64,000 nucleotides of DNA from Eledone cirrhosa (lineage: Eukaryota): NCBI GenBank assembly GCA_964016885.1, contig OZ024749.1, forward strand, positions 33,666,001 through 33,730,000. The letters run 5' to 3'. The notes under the pieces were generated by a model that was not told the origin of the DNA, did no database searches, and saw only the letters and a program-made list of their open reading frames with translations. The position numbers and the translations under genes were made by a program. This document shows positions 43,769 to 58,240 of this stretch, in pieces (position 1 is the first letter of the stretch; each line of letters starts with the position of its first letter).

Positions 43769-43992
43769 GTGAAAGTGCATGGCTGAGTGGTTAGAGAATT
43801 GGATTCGCAATCGTGAGGTTGTGAGTTCGATTCCCGGACTGGGCGATGCGTTATGTCCTTGAGCAAGACACTTTATTTCACGTTGCTCCTTCTACCTGGA
43901 GTTGCGACCGATAGATAGTATTAACAATTGGAAAGACCAATGGTAACATTGTTTCCTCAGTCTAATTTGACGAAAGTCGATCGACTGTCGAT
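43769..43992 (+). mobile_element. SINE S2, full length (minus-strand copies 51745-51962 and about 18300-18500)
   Basis: A-box tggctgagtgg, B-box gagttcgattccc, CORE-like gtccttgagcaagacacttt. Confidence 0.85.
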
Positions 43993-44016
43993 ATGTATAT
44001 ATATATGTATATATAT

Positions 44017-44342
44017 ATTGTTATACTTTGGGAGGGTCATGTTGCCAATAAGAAACACACGCACCAGTTGCTTTCACTTCAATTTATTATAATAAATTTA
44101 TAAATTTAGGAATTTATAAATTTCCGGTTGGTTGGTTGGTTCCACAACCAGATGGTTGTTTATATATTGTCAAAGTTCTTTCGTCACACATTCTGTGACC
44201 TCTTCGGTGACTGGGGATTCTTTTCTTTGTTTTTGTGCCTCTCCTTTGTTCTGTCCTACGCCATTTTGTTTCTGTGTGTGTGTTCAGAACACACACACAG
44301 AAACAAAATGGCGTAGGACAGAACAAAGGAGAGGCACAAAAA
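44017..44342 (-). mobile_element. pLTR-like element with hammerhead-like motif (44169-44211) and terminal perfect palindrome (44230-44342)
   Basis: GTCA-CCGAAGA-GGTCACA gaatg TGTGAC-GAAA-GAAC-TT-TGAC; 56-bp arms; 3' end atgaccctcccaaagtataacaata shared with family B. Confidence 0.65.
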
Positions 44343-44679
44343 AATGATCAAGTAATTCGGGTATTGAAAATTTACCCGGACCCCTGGAAGGTTGGTAAAT
44401 CCAGTATATGGGTTTCTGCGGCTCCTAAATCAAGTACCGTCCGCTTACATAAATAATGTCAGGCTTCTGGTAAGATGATTGAACAAGGAAGCCACTTTCT
44501 CAACAGGTTTTAGTTCAATGTTAATACAAGGACTGACTATTGCTAACCCCACATATATATGTACGTTTGTGTGGGACAGCACAAGTATAGCTTTGCACTA
44601 AATAAATCAAGATAGAACTATTTTCTTGATTTTGTCTTGGTTTTCGATTTGAGTGTGCGCGTGTTTATGTGTGTGTGAG

Positions 44680-44747
<68 letters not shown>

Positions 44748-45765
44748 TGTGTGTTAATTTTTTTTCTAAAAAGGAAAATTATCTCGATAAAGGTTAATAC
44801 ACGTAAGATAATTATCATAATGACAATCAGCAATAATACATCACCACCATTATCAGTGATGAGTGTTGATAGTGGTGATGGCGATGATGATAATGATAAT
44901 GATGATGATAATAATGATGATGTGATGATAATAATGATGATGTGATGATGATAATGGTGATGGTGATGGTGATGGTGGTGATGATGATGATGATGATGAT
45001 GATGATAATGATGATGATGGTGATAAGGAAGTGGAGGAAGATGTAATATATATGTGTCCTGCGCGCGCACGTATACAGAAACAAACATATCTGGTTAAAA
45101 TTCTTTCATAATATTTGTATATTATTTTCCGCGGAAATGGGTTGGCAGTATTGACAGAGGGTCGGACGCCATGTTTTGCAGCATAGAGTTATGGCCCTTT
45201 TTCGATCTGAGTTCAAATCCCATCTTAGTTAACTCTGCCTTTCATCCTTACGGGGTCGATAAAATAAAGTACCAGTAATGCACTGGTGTATTTGTGCCAA
45301 AAGTAGAAACAATTATTTTTCGTGGAAATGCTTTTGCAGACTTGTCTGCGGAGCGCAGAGCTTAAGCCTAAACACCATCACCCTCTCCTCTCCCTCCCAT
45401 TTTCTTCTGTGGCCCCAGAGTCCTAGCTTTTCCCCTCCCTTTCCTCATATTTATAGCTTTTATAGTCCTTTCCTCTACTTTCCCACACAACCAGATCTTC
45501 CCTGCATAACCTCTTCCCCATTTGTAATGTTGTTTATACAATTGTAAATAAAGTTCACCTTTCTAGAATATTTCTATATGTATTAGGGTGGTGTGTTGGC
45601 AGATAGGTGGAGGTCACTATTTGGGTGGTGTTTTCGTAGATAAGGTAGAGAGACACTACCTATTCTATTCATCAACTTTGCCCTGCCTCAATCAGCGCAA
45701 CTTTGCAAACTTTGCCCTTCCCCCAAACTTGCAGGCATTGAACCGATATTATAAATCAATATGTT

Positions 45766-45842
<77 letters not shown>

Positions 45843-46175
45843 GAATATATGTCCATCGATAGGCACATACGCACACACATATATATATATATATATATAA
45901 TATAAGATCAAAAGATGGTTAAAGGAGTTCCATGTATTTTATTATGCGCATTTCAAAAACAAACATCATCATGCAATAATATTTGTGTTTTCATCAGATA
46001 AAACAGGAGAACATGATATGAAGGCTAAAAAACACTTGTGGATAGTGCAGTTTTAAATCAACATATCAAAAAATGCTTTATTGTACTACAATAAAACTAC
46101 CCTCCTACATATATATATATATATGCGTATATGTGTACAATTTTGTATAGATATATATATGCGTGTATGTGTGCA

Positions 46176-46224
<49 letters not shown>

Positions 46225-46230
46225 CCTTCG

Positions 46231-46298
<68 letters not shown>

Positions 46299-46409
46299 CG
46301 AAGGAAATGTGGTAAGGAACCAGGTGGACCATAACGCACCAAAGTACTCAATACTTGGGGTAGTAGAGTGGGTAATAGGAACCAGTAAGACCCCGGGGTC
46401 TTACTGGTT

Positions 46410-46444
<35 letters not shown>

Positions 46445-46621
46445 GAGTTAAACAAGATTCAATGAGTATATTAAAGAATGAATTTTACAGTAGATTGGAA
46501 GCACTCTTCGGACAAAATAAATTTTACAGAGTTATTAATATTAAAATAAAAATATTAATAATAAAATATGTATAATAAAATCTAATTGATCAAAAGAACA
46601 TCTATTTTATTAATATTTGTG

Positions 46622-46671
<50 letters not shown>

Positions 46672-47181
46672 TGTATGTGTGCAATTTTATATGCGTGTTA
46701 TGTATGTCTGTAATGGTATGTGTGTGTGTATTATTAATGTGCGTTGTATTATATATGTGTTATGTAGGTGTGTATGAGTGTGTGTATGTGTGCATGTCCC
46801 TACATATGTAATTCTTTCTTTATGGCTATATGTCATATATTGTCACTCAGCAACCCCTTTTTTGTATATAGTACTACTTGAAAAGCAGACTACATTTGTA
46901 TATACACACATGTAAGTATGTGTATGTATATACATATATACATGTATTTATATATACATATATATATATATGTATTTATATATACATATATACATGTATT
47001 TATATATACATATATACATGTATTTATATATACATATATATATGTGTTTATATATACATATATATACATATATGTGTATATGTATATATATGTGTTTATA
47101 TATATATATGTGTGTGTATATATATGTATATTTATAAACATATATATATATTCACACACATGTATATACATATATATATAT

Positions 47182-47224
<43 letters not shown>

Positions 47225-47227
47225 CAT

Positions 47228-47290
<63 letters not shown>

Positions 47291-47293
47291 CAT

Positions 47294-47324
<31 letters not shown>

Positions 47325-47331
47325 CATACAT

Positions 47332-47384
<53 letters not shown>

Positions 47385-47387
47385 CAT

Positions 47388-47430
<43 letters not shown>

Positions 47431-47443
47431 CATACATACACAC

Positions 47444-47474
<31 letters not shown>

Positions 47475-47476
<2 letters not shown>

Positions 47477-48170
47477 GAAATTACATGAATCAAAGTTCTG
47501 TTTAAATCATTTATTTGCTTACAATTGTTTCTTCCAAACCGAGGTTTGGCATCTTCGGAGCAATTATTCAGTGATTTTTTACATACTTGACCTCCTTTTC
47601 AACACAAGAGACATATAGAAACATATGTATATATTGACCCACAGTGGGTTAACATCCATTATAATAATATAGCATGGCAATTTACATACAAAGATTACAG
47701 TCATATTAAAGGACAAAATTAAAGTTAAAATTAAAATTAAAATAAAACATTGGCAGTTTACGAAGATAAAGCAAGAGGAAAGTTTGGAGTAGCCAGTGTA
47801 TGCAACAGTCACACGTGAGGCATGCACGCGTGTCCTATTTATACAAGATTATAGTGCGGCAGATTGTTACATGTAAAACAAGCAGTCAAAGCAGGCAATC
47901 AAGAACATCATGGGGGCTGTACTGGTAAAGCATTTTTCACACACACACCTGTACGATACCTATGTTTCTATATGTCTCTTGTGTTGAAAAGGAGGTCAAG
48001 TATGTAAAAAATCACTGAATAATTGCTCCGAAGACTTTAAACCTCGGTTTGGAAGAAACAATTGTAAGCAAATAAATGATTTAAACAGAACTTTGATTCA
48101 TGTAATTTCTATATAACTGCTCTGTAAAACAACTGATGTTGATACATTGAGCTATTTATCTTACTGGTAA
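47475..48170 (+). mobile_element. Element bounded by ~150-bp inverted repeats, each with a minimal hammerhead-like motif
   Basis: IRs 47475-47625 and 47961-48111; TTGCT-CCGAAGA-stem II-GAAA-CAATTG-TA-AGCAA at 47515-47563 (-) and 48023-48071 (+). Confidence 0.7.
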
Positions 48171-48270
48171 TAAAATAGTAATAAATTACTGTCTTTCACT
48201 ATTTAGGGTTTAAAATATATATAACTATAAAAGGTTTTAGTATATACATAACCATAAATAGTATCCTTAA

Positions 48271-48313
<43 letters not shown>

Positions 48314-48320
48314 TATATAT

Positions 48321-48500
48321 AACAAAGGAATTGTGGTAAGGAACTAGATGGACCATAACGCACCCGAGTACTCAATACTTAGGGTAGTAGAGTGGGAAAT
48401 AGGAAAAAGTATGACCCCGCCGGCAGAGCTCAAGCCGTTTCGTCCAGAAATAGCCGTCGAAACGGCTTGAACTCTGCCGTCGTGGTCATACTTTTCCTAG
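48321..48500 (-). mobile_element. Family A fold-back element (others at 46297-46414, 52184-52391, 53774-53968, 62530-62724)
   Basis: Same tail and hairpin sequence. Confidence 0.75.
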
Positions 48501-48556
48501 ATTCCATTAAGGGTGAAAGCAGCGATTCTTTGCTTAAACTTTAATCTGTTATTTTA

Positions 48557-48635
<79 letters not shown>

Positions 48636-48984
48636 AAAGAAAAGCATAGCTGAAAATAACAATTTAAAGGGAAAAAAAAGACAAAAAAAATTATATACTT
48701 GTAAAGATAAAGACAAAAAAAAAACATCAAGAGAGATTCCACCTAAATCTTTAAGATTTAATTTGTAGCTTTTATAGTATAATATCTTCAATTCACATCA
48801 TATTTCTATACAATAAAGTCATATGGACAGTTAACAATAGATCCTTTGTAGCTTTGTATTGTTACACCGAACATATTAGAATATAGAGTGAAAGAAAATT
48901 TTCCAAATATATCTCATGTATGTGTAAATGTTAGCGTATTGTGATTGTTTCGTTTTAAGTAGAATCTATAATTTTGTCTTTCTT

Positions 48985-48996
48985 TGTCTCTCATCG

Positions 48997-49092
<96 letters not shown>

Positions 49093-49211
49093 TCCCACTC
49101 ACTCTCTCTCATTCGCTCTCTCACTCCTCTCTCTTTCTCATTCTCTCTCTTTCTCACTCACTGTCTCTCATTCGCTCTCTCTCTCTCTCTCTCTCTCTCT
49201 CCCCCTCTCCC

Positions 49212-49244
<33 letters not shown>

Positions 49245-49598
49245 CTCTCTCTCTCATTATCTTTATCTTCTCTCATTCTACGTATTTCTCACTCTTTTCC
49301 CCCCTCTATCTCTCATTATATCTCTCTCATCTATTCTATCGCTCATTCACTCTCTCTCTCTCTCATTCTATCTCTTCCTCTCACTCTTCTCCCTCAAGCT
49401 CTCTCATTTACTCCCTCTCTCTCATTCTCTCTCTCATTGTCTTTTCCTCTCATTCCCTCTCTCTCACAATCTACCTTTCTCCTCCAGCCTCCTCCCTCTA
49501 TCTCTCTCATTCTCCCTCTCTCTCTCCCTCTCCTCCATCTATTTCTCTCATTCATTCTCATTCCACCTCTCCCTCTTCCTCCTTTATCTCTCTCTCAT
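48985..49598. repeat. (CT)n-rich polypyrimidine tract
   Basis: Direct reading. Confidence 0.9.
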
Positions 49599-50704
49599 TA
49601 ATATACAAAAGACTTCCATTTTTTCAATAGAAATTGCTATATTTTTTCATTGATTAGTTGTTATTTCTTAAAGTGATATGTTAAAAGGGGTGAAAGCTGT
49701 TGCTTAGTGGTTAGAGGTGTTCGATTCTCGGTGACATATTGTCTTCCGCTTACTCACTTATATCCCCCCAAAACATCTGTCAAATTCATGCTTCAATGTA
49801 TTCCTATTTTCATAAAATTTTTCCCATAAAAACCCTATATAGCCTGAAAATAAATTGAAAATATATTTCATCTAAAAAATAGCTTGTGCTTAACATTTCA
49901 GAATGACAATAAGTTATTTTCTTTTAAATAATCGATAATAAATGTCGATATATTTCTGTTTTACTATGAATAAATCTTTTATTATGAATATATCTATGAA
50001 TATATATTATTTAGCGTGTATATAAGTGGATTAGTGGTTATAGCGCTGGGCTTACAATCGTGAGATTAGGACTTCTATTCTCGGACCGAGAAGTGAGTTG
50101 TATCCTTGAGCAAGATACTTTATTTCATGTTGCTCCAGTTCACTCAGCCATGACATTGGTAGGATTTGAATTCAAAATGTAAAGGGCTGTAACTAAATGC
50201 CATAAAGTGTTTTGTCCGACGCTCAGTCGATTCTGCCAAACCACCACCCTGACCATCCTAGTCATAATACTTTCTTAGGCACAAGGCCAACAATTTACGG
50301 GAAGCGTGAGGTGATCATACCGACCCTTAACACATTACTGTTACTCTAAACTATTGACCCTGATAAGATGAAAGGCAAAGTTAATCTCAGCAGGATTTAA
50401 TACCAGAACGTAGAGGGCCTTAACGAAACAATTGTTTATACTTTGGGCACAAGGCCAGCAATTTGAAGGGAAAGGGAAAGTCGATTAAATCGACCCCAGT
50501 TTATTATTGGTATTTTACTTTATCGACCCCGAAAGAATGAAAGGCAAAGCTAACCTCGGCGGGATTTGAACTCAGAACCCCACCGAGGTAAGTAATGTAA
50601 ATTAACGAAATACTGCAATGTATATCATCCGACATACTAACAATCCTACGTAGTCAACCGATCTTACCATATCTGTGGTAGTAAGTTCTTACTTTAGTGC
50701 AAGG

Positions 50705-50795
<91 letters not shown>

Positions 50796-51425
50796 GTAGA
50801 ATAATCGAGTATCGAAAAATCGGCGCACGAGTTCACGATAAACAAAATTCGAGATGAGCGGCAGAGGGCTCTATAATTCAAATAAATTAGAGCTATAACT
50901 ATCGTTAAATACCGTCACACGTAGAATATGTCTACAATCAACCAAATAACCGATAAGTTCGATATGGAAGATTCGGGACACTCAGATAAATTATCAATAA
51001 ATCAATAAATGAAATGAATGTAAAATGCATATATATATATGGGGGTTACCTCCCTTGGAGAAAACCACGTATCTATAGCGAAATTTACTGCTAGAACACA
51101 CCCGCTGAGGCTATAGAACGCAAGACTTGTTGATGAAGTAAATCCTTTGTTCTGTCGTCAAAGGCCATTAACTTGCAGACCCCTGCAAGCGGAATTAGTC
51201 GATCTCGGATTTACAGAAACCTAGCGTGGATGTTGTATGTTATATGTGATGTATATCGTATGCTATGCGATATGCATTATGTGCATTCGGTCTCCGCGCG
51301 ATGGTCCAGGTCAGTCTAAAATCTTTTCCTGAGTCCAATCATTTTCGTTGCTATGGCAATGCGGCTGGACTGCGGATCGCTATATTTGATTTGCAAAGCT
51401 GTCTAAACGTATTGTTATTACTCTG

Positions 51426-51610
51426 GGGTGGATTGGCAGTATCGGTAGAGGGTCGGACACCATGCTTTCCAGCATAGTTACGTCCCTTTATGATCTGAGT
51501 TCAAATCCCACCGAGGTTGACTTTGCCTTTCATCCTTACGGGGTCGATAAAATAAAGTACCAGTAATGCACTGGGTAATTGCTGGCCTTGTGCCTAAAGT
51601 AGAAACAGTT
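51426..51610 (+). mobile_element. SINE S1 with apparent target-site duplication ttattactctgggg
   Basis: gttattactctggggt occurs at both ends (about 51414 and 51608). Confidence 0.8.
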
Positions 51611-51957
51611 ATTACTCTGGGGTATTATTCTCCATCGAGTGCTAAAGCTACATTCCGAATTTGCATTCGTTAGCTTAGCCTCAGCCTAAAGCTTCGTTAA
51701 TGCTGTACTAAAATTTGTATATATATATATATTTTTTTTTAAGGAACGATCGACTTTCGTCAAATCGGACCGAGGGAACAATGTTTCCGTTGGTCTTTCC
51801 AATTGCTAATACTATCTATCGGTCGCAACTCCAGGTAGAAGGAGCAACGTGAAATAAAGTGTCTTGCTCAAGGACATAACGCATCGCCTGGTCCAGGAAT
51901 TGAACTCACAACCTTACGATTGCGAATTCAATTCTCTAACCACTCAGCTACACGCCT

Positions 51958-52186
<229 letters not shown>

Positions 52187-52386
52187 GAAGGAAATGTGGA
52201 AAGGAACCAGGTTGACCATAACGCACCAAAGTACTCAATACTTAGGGTAGTAGAGTGGGTAATAGGAACGAGTAGGACCCCGACGGCTGAGCTCAAGCCG
52301 TTTCGACGGCTAATTCTGGACTAAAATTTTAGTCCAGAATTAGCCGTCGAAACGGCTTGAGCTCAGCCGTCGGGGTCCTACTCGTT

Positions 52387-52449
<63 letters not shown>

Positions 52450-52670
52450 ATAAATATATGTATGTATATATGTATATGTATATATATGTAGTCGATTGAT
52501 TAGCTGCCACCCAGTACAGAGCAGTTACATAGCCCAATGACTGTAAACACGATGAAAGACATCGTTGACTTTCCAATGAGGTTGAAACAAAGGAAAGAGG
52601 AACCAAGAGGACTAGAAAAGATAACATATACCATTTATATCCGAGTTCAACACCTACATTGTACTTTCTG

Positions 52671-52713
<43 letters not shown>

Positions 52714-52991
52714 TATATTTATATATAGTTATACTTGGGGAGGGTCATATTTGTGTAATATTTGTTTCTACTTTAGGCACAAGGCCAGCAATTAACCAGT
52801 TCATTACTGGTACTTTATTTTATCGACCCCGTAAGGATGAATATTGTGTAATATTGCCAGAATTAATAACAGAACACACTCACTGTTTGGTTGGTTTTCG
52901 CTTCTCGCTGTCTTTTATATCGGTAATCTAACTTACTCGGTCCTCAATGTTGCCATTGACTGACTAATTTATCGCCGCTAATTCATCGCCG

Positions 52992-53058
<67 letters not shown>

Positions 53059-53064
<6 letters not shown>

Positions 53065-53665
53065 TAACAGATTAAAGTTTAAGCAAAGAATCGCTGCTTT
53101 CACCCTTAACGGGATCTTCTGAAACTAACAAAATCAATCTGAGTGCTCAACCGAGGAAGCCAAATAGTAATAATAATAAATTTGAAGACTAAAATCCAAA
53201 GAGAGCTCGATAAGGATAAATATATATCAAATATATAAGAACCGTAGAGCAAATAATCGCTGTTTTCACCTTTAACGGGATCTTCTGAAACCAAAAAAGT
53301 CAATCTGTAAACGCAGAAGTGGATATTTCAAAAAACGTTGCAACCGGAGGAAGACAGGAAGACGATACTTTGGTTCGAGGGAGTTTTGGGTATGTTTTCC
53401 TGCTTGGTACGGGTATGTTCTTTGTAGAAATATTCAGGTGTTGTTTCTGCATGATGAATATAAGTCAATAGAGTGCTCAACCGAGGGAGCCAAATAGTAA
53501 TAATAATAAATTTGAAGACTGAAATCAAGAGGGCTGAGATAAGGATAAATATATTTCAAATATATAAGAACCGTAGAGCAAATAATCGGTGCTTTCACCC
53601 GTAACGGGATCTTCTGAAACTAACAAAGTCAATCTGTAAACGCAGATGTGGATATTTCAAATTTA
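53059..53665 (-). mobile_element. Family C: three partial tandem pLTR-like units, each with a hammerhead-like motif
   Basis: tttcacc-taacgggatcttctgaaac at about 53100, 53265 and 53595. Confidence 0.65.
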
Positions 53666-53672
53666 TTATTAT

Positions 53673-53774
<102 letters not shown>

Positions 53775-54005
53775 ACACACAGGGTTTGGTAAGATACTAG
53801 GTGGACCATAACGCACCAGAGTACTCGATACTTAGGTAGTAGAGTGGGTAATAGGAAAAAAAGCTAGGACCACGCCGGCTGAGCTCCGGCCGTTTCGACT
53901 AGATCAGTTCGGATCTAGCTGTCGAAACGGCTGGAGCTCAGCCGTCGGGGTCCTGACTCTTTTCCTATATATATATATACACATATATATATATACATAT
54001 ATAAG

Positions 54006-54098
<93 letters not shown>

Positions 54099-54385
54099 AA
54101 AGGGAGGGAGGTTGTGTGTTTATGCATGTGTGGTGGGTTTGTGCTTAAACATGTCCGAACATATGTATATACGTGTGCATGTATGTGTGTGTTTTTGTGT
54201 GTGTTTGTGTTTGTGCGTGTGTGTGGTTGTTTGTGTGTATATTTGTAGGGATTTCTTTGCCCTATATATCATGATACTTTAAACGAATTCCTCATAACCG
54301 GCGGCCTATGTCACATTGCACCGATTTAAACTAATCTTTTTAGCCTCTTTCTCACATACACATACATACATAAATAAATACATAC

Positions 54386-54416
<31 letters not shown>

Positions 54417-54651
54417 CACACGTACACTAATGCCCTGACACATTTCATTACATTCTCATTTTATTCACCTACCCACCCACCCACCCACACATTTACTAAC
54501 CCACACCCAGTTCCTCTCTCTCTCTCTCTATCTCTCTCCGTCCCTCACATTCTGTATTTCACTCTCTCTTTCACACACTTACACCCACTCTCTCTCCCTT
54601 TCTGTCACTCATATTCACTCTCTTTCTCATACTCTCTCTCTCTCTCGCATA

Positions 54652-54694
<43 letters not shown>

Positions 54695-54758
54695 TGATAA
54701 TCACTCTCTCTCTCTCTCACGCACATTAACTGTTTCTCTCACACGCTTATATTCATTA

Positions 54759-54789
<31 letters not shown>

Positions 54790-54805
<16 letters not shown>

Positions 54806-56220
54806 CCTACTCTCTCTCTCCCTATCCTCTCTCTCACAGACACCTACTCTCTCTCTCTCTCCCTATCCTCTCTCTCTCTCTCACACACACCTACTCTCTC
54901 TCTCTCCCTATCCTCTCTCTCACACACACCTACTCTCTCTCTCTCCCTGTCCTCTCTCTCTCTCTCACACACACCTACTCTCTCTCTCTCCCTATCCTCT
55001 CTCTCACACACACCTACTCTCTCTCTCTCCCTATCCTCTCTCTCACAGACACCTACTCTCTCTCTCTCTCTCCCTATCCTCTCTCTCTCACACACACCTA
55101 CTCTCTCTCTCTCCCTATCCTCTCTCTCTCCCATACACCTACTCTCTCTCTCTCTCTCCCTATCCTCTCTCTCACACACACCTACTCTCTCTCTCTCCCT
55201 ATCCTCTCTCTCACAGACACCTACTCTCTCTCTCTCTCTCCCTATCCTCTCTCTCTCACACACACCTACTCTCTCTCTCTCCCTATCCTCTCTCTCTCTC
55301 ACACACACCTACTCTCTCTCTCTCCCATACACCTACTCTCTCTCTCTCTCTCCCTATCCTCTCTCTCTCTCACACACACCTACTCTCTCTCTCTCCCTAT
55401 CCTCTCTCTCACACACACACCTACTCTCTCTCTCTCTCCCTATCCTCTCTCTCACACACACCTACTCTCTCTCTCTCCCTATCCTCTCTCTCACAGACAC
55501 CTACTCTCTCTCTCTCCCTATCCTCTCTCTCTCACACACACCTACTCTCTCTCTCTCCCTATCCTCTCTCTCTCCCACACACCTACTCTCTCTCTCTCTC
55601 TCCCTATCCTATCTCTCACACACACACCTACTCTCTCTCTCTCTCTCCCTATCCTCTCTCTCTCACACACACCTACTCTCTCTCTCTCCTTATCCTCTCT
55701 CTCTCCCACACACCAACTCTCTATCTCTCTCTCCCTATCCTCTCTCTCACACACACACCTACTCTCTCTCTCTCTCCCTATCCTCTCTCTCACACACACC
55801 TACTCTCTCTCTCTCTCCCTATCCTCTCTCTCACACACACCTACTCTCTCTCTCTCTCCCTATCCTCTCTCTCACACACACCTACTCTCTCTCTCTCCCT
55901 ATCCTCTCTCTCACACCCACACCTACACTCTCTCTCTCCCTATCCTCTCTCTCTTCCACACATCTACTCTCTCTCTCCCTATCCTCTCTCTCTTCCACAC
56001 ACCTACTCTCTTTCTCACACACACCTACTCTCTCTCTCTCCCTATCCTCTCTCTCACACACACCTACTCTCTCTCTCTCCCTATCCTCTCTCTCACACAC
56101 ACCTACTCTCTCTCTCTCTCCCTATCCTCTCTCTCTCACACACACCTACTCTCTCTCTCTCTCCCTATCCTCTCTCTCACACACACCTACTCTCTCTCTC
56201 TCCCTATCCTCTCTCTCACT
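54790..56220. repeat. ~36-40-bp CT-rich minisatellite
   Basis: cacacaccta(ct)n ccctatc(ct)n units. Confidence 0.95.
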
Positions 56221-56639
56221 CGTTCTCTCTCCCAATCCTCTCTCACACCGCCACACATACCCCTACATACCCTCACACCCACACTGCCATTCCACTCCAA
56301 TTTAAAAGACATCAACCACGTGCCAGTGTCTGGAAGGTAGACAGCAAGACCGAAAGACCGTAAGGCAATGAAAGCAGCGAAATAGCAAGAGAGTAAGACA
56401 GTAAGGGAGTAAGGCAGTAAGGGAGTAAGATAGTAAGACAGTAAGACCCTAAAGAGAGTAAGACAGCAAGAGAGTAAGGCAGTAAGAGAGTAAGGCAGTA
56501 AGACCCTAGAGAGAGTAAGACTGCAAGAGAGTAAGGCAGTAAGAGAGTAAGACAATAAAAAGAGCAAAATAGCCAAACAGCAAGAGAGAGAGAGAGAGAG
56601 AGAGGAAGAGAGAGAGCAAGAGAGTAAGGCCATTAAGAC

Positions 56640-58240
56640 AGTAAGACCAGTAAGAGAGTAAAAGAGTAAGGCAGTAAGAGAGTAAGGCAGTAAGTTAGTA
56701 AGGCAGTAAGAGAGTAAGGCAGCAAGATAGTAAGGCAGTAAGATAGTAAGGCAGTAAGAGAGTAAGGCAGTAAGTTAGTAAGGTAGTAAGAGAGTAAGGC
56801 AGTAAGAGAGTAAGGCAGTAAGATAGTAAGGCAGTAAGAGAGTAAGGTAGTAAGAGAGTAAGGCAGTAAAAGAGTAAGGCAGTAAGAGAGTAAGGCAGTA
56901 AGAGAGTAAGGTAGTAAGAGAGTAAGGCAGTAAAAGAGTAAGGCAGTAAGAGAGTAAGGTAGTAAGAGAGTAAGGCAGTAAGAGAGTAAGGCAGTAAGAT
57001 AGTAAGGCAGTAAGAGAGTAAGGTAGTAAGAGAGTAAGGCAGTAAAAGAGTAAGGCAGTAAGAGAGTAAGGCAGTAAGAGAGTAAGGCAGTAAAAGAGTA
57101 AGGCAGTAAGAGAGTAAGGCAGTAAAAGAGTAAGACAGTAAGAGAGTAAGGCAGTAAGATAGTAAGGCAGTAAAAGAGTAAGGCAGTAAAAGAGTAAGGC
57201 AGTAAGAGAGTAAGGCAGTAAAAGAGTAAGGCAGTAAAGAGAGTAAGGCAGTAAGAGAGTAAGGCAGTAAGATAGTAAGGCAGTAAAAGAGTAAGGCAGT
57301 AAAAGAGTAAGGCAGTAAGAGAGTAAGGCAGTAAGAGAGTAAGGCAGTAAGAGAGTAAGGCAGTAAGAGAGTAAGGCAGTAAAAGAGTAAGGCAGTAAGA
57401 GAGTAAGGCAGTAAAAGAGTAAGGCAGTAAGAGAGTAAGGCAGTAAGAGAGTAAGGCAGTAAAAGAGTAAGGCAGTAAGAGAGTAAGGCAGTAAAAGAGT
57501 AAGGCAGTAAGAGAGTAAGGCAGTAAGAGAGTAAGGCAGTAAGATAGTAAGGCAGTAAAAGAGTAAGGCAGTAAAAGAGTAAGGCAGTAAGAGAGTAAGG
57601 CAGTAAGAGAGTAAGGCAGTAAAAGAGTAAGGCAGTAAGAGAGTAAGGCAGTAAGATAGTAAGGCAGTAAGAGAGTAAGGCAGTAAGAGAGTAAGGCAGT
57701 AAGAGAGTAAGGCAGTAAGATAGTAAGGCAGTAAGAGAGTAAGGCAGTAAGAGAGTAAGGCAGTAAGAAAGTAAGGCAGTAAGAGAGTAAGGCAGTAAGA
57801 GAGTAAGGCAGTAAGAGAGTAAGGCAGTAAGAAAGTAAGGCAGTAAGAGAGTAAGGCAGTAAGAGAGTAAGGCAGTAAGAGAGTAAGGCAGTAAAAGAGT
57901 AAGGCAGTAAGAGAGTAAGGCAGTAAAAGAGTAAGGCAGTAAGAGAGTAAGGCAGTAAGATAGTAAGGCAGTAAGAGAGTAAGGCAGTAAGAGAGTAAGG
58001 CAGTAAGAGAGTAAGGCAGTAAGAGAGTAAGGTAGTAAGAGAGTAAGGCAGTAAGAGAGTAAGGCAGTAAGAGAGTAAGGCAGTAAGAGAGTAAGGCAGT
58101 AAGAGAGTAAGGCAGTAAGAGAGTAAGGCAGTAAGAGAGTAAGGCAGTAAGACAGTAAGGCAGTAAGAGAGTAAGGCAGTAAGAGAGTAAGGCAGTAAGA
58201 GAGTAAGGCAGTAAGACAGTAAGGCAGTAAGAGAGTAAGA
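56640..58240. repeat. 16-bp purine-rich satellite (AGTAAGAG-AGTAAGGC)n
   Basis: About 100 units; degenerate start from about 56380. Confidence 0.95.

Noticed and set aside
51130-51230. Hammerhead-like motif with long stem II (TTGATGA-A-GTAAATCC...GGATTTAC-A-GAAA); similar weak cases near 19808, 21907, 25046, 25568 and 32870
   Set aside because: Core or stem I/III lesions make them uncallable; at best decayed relics.
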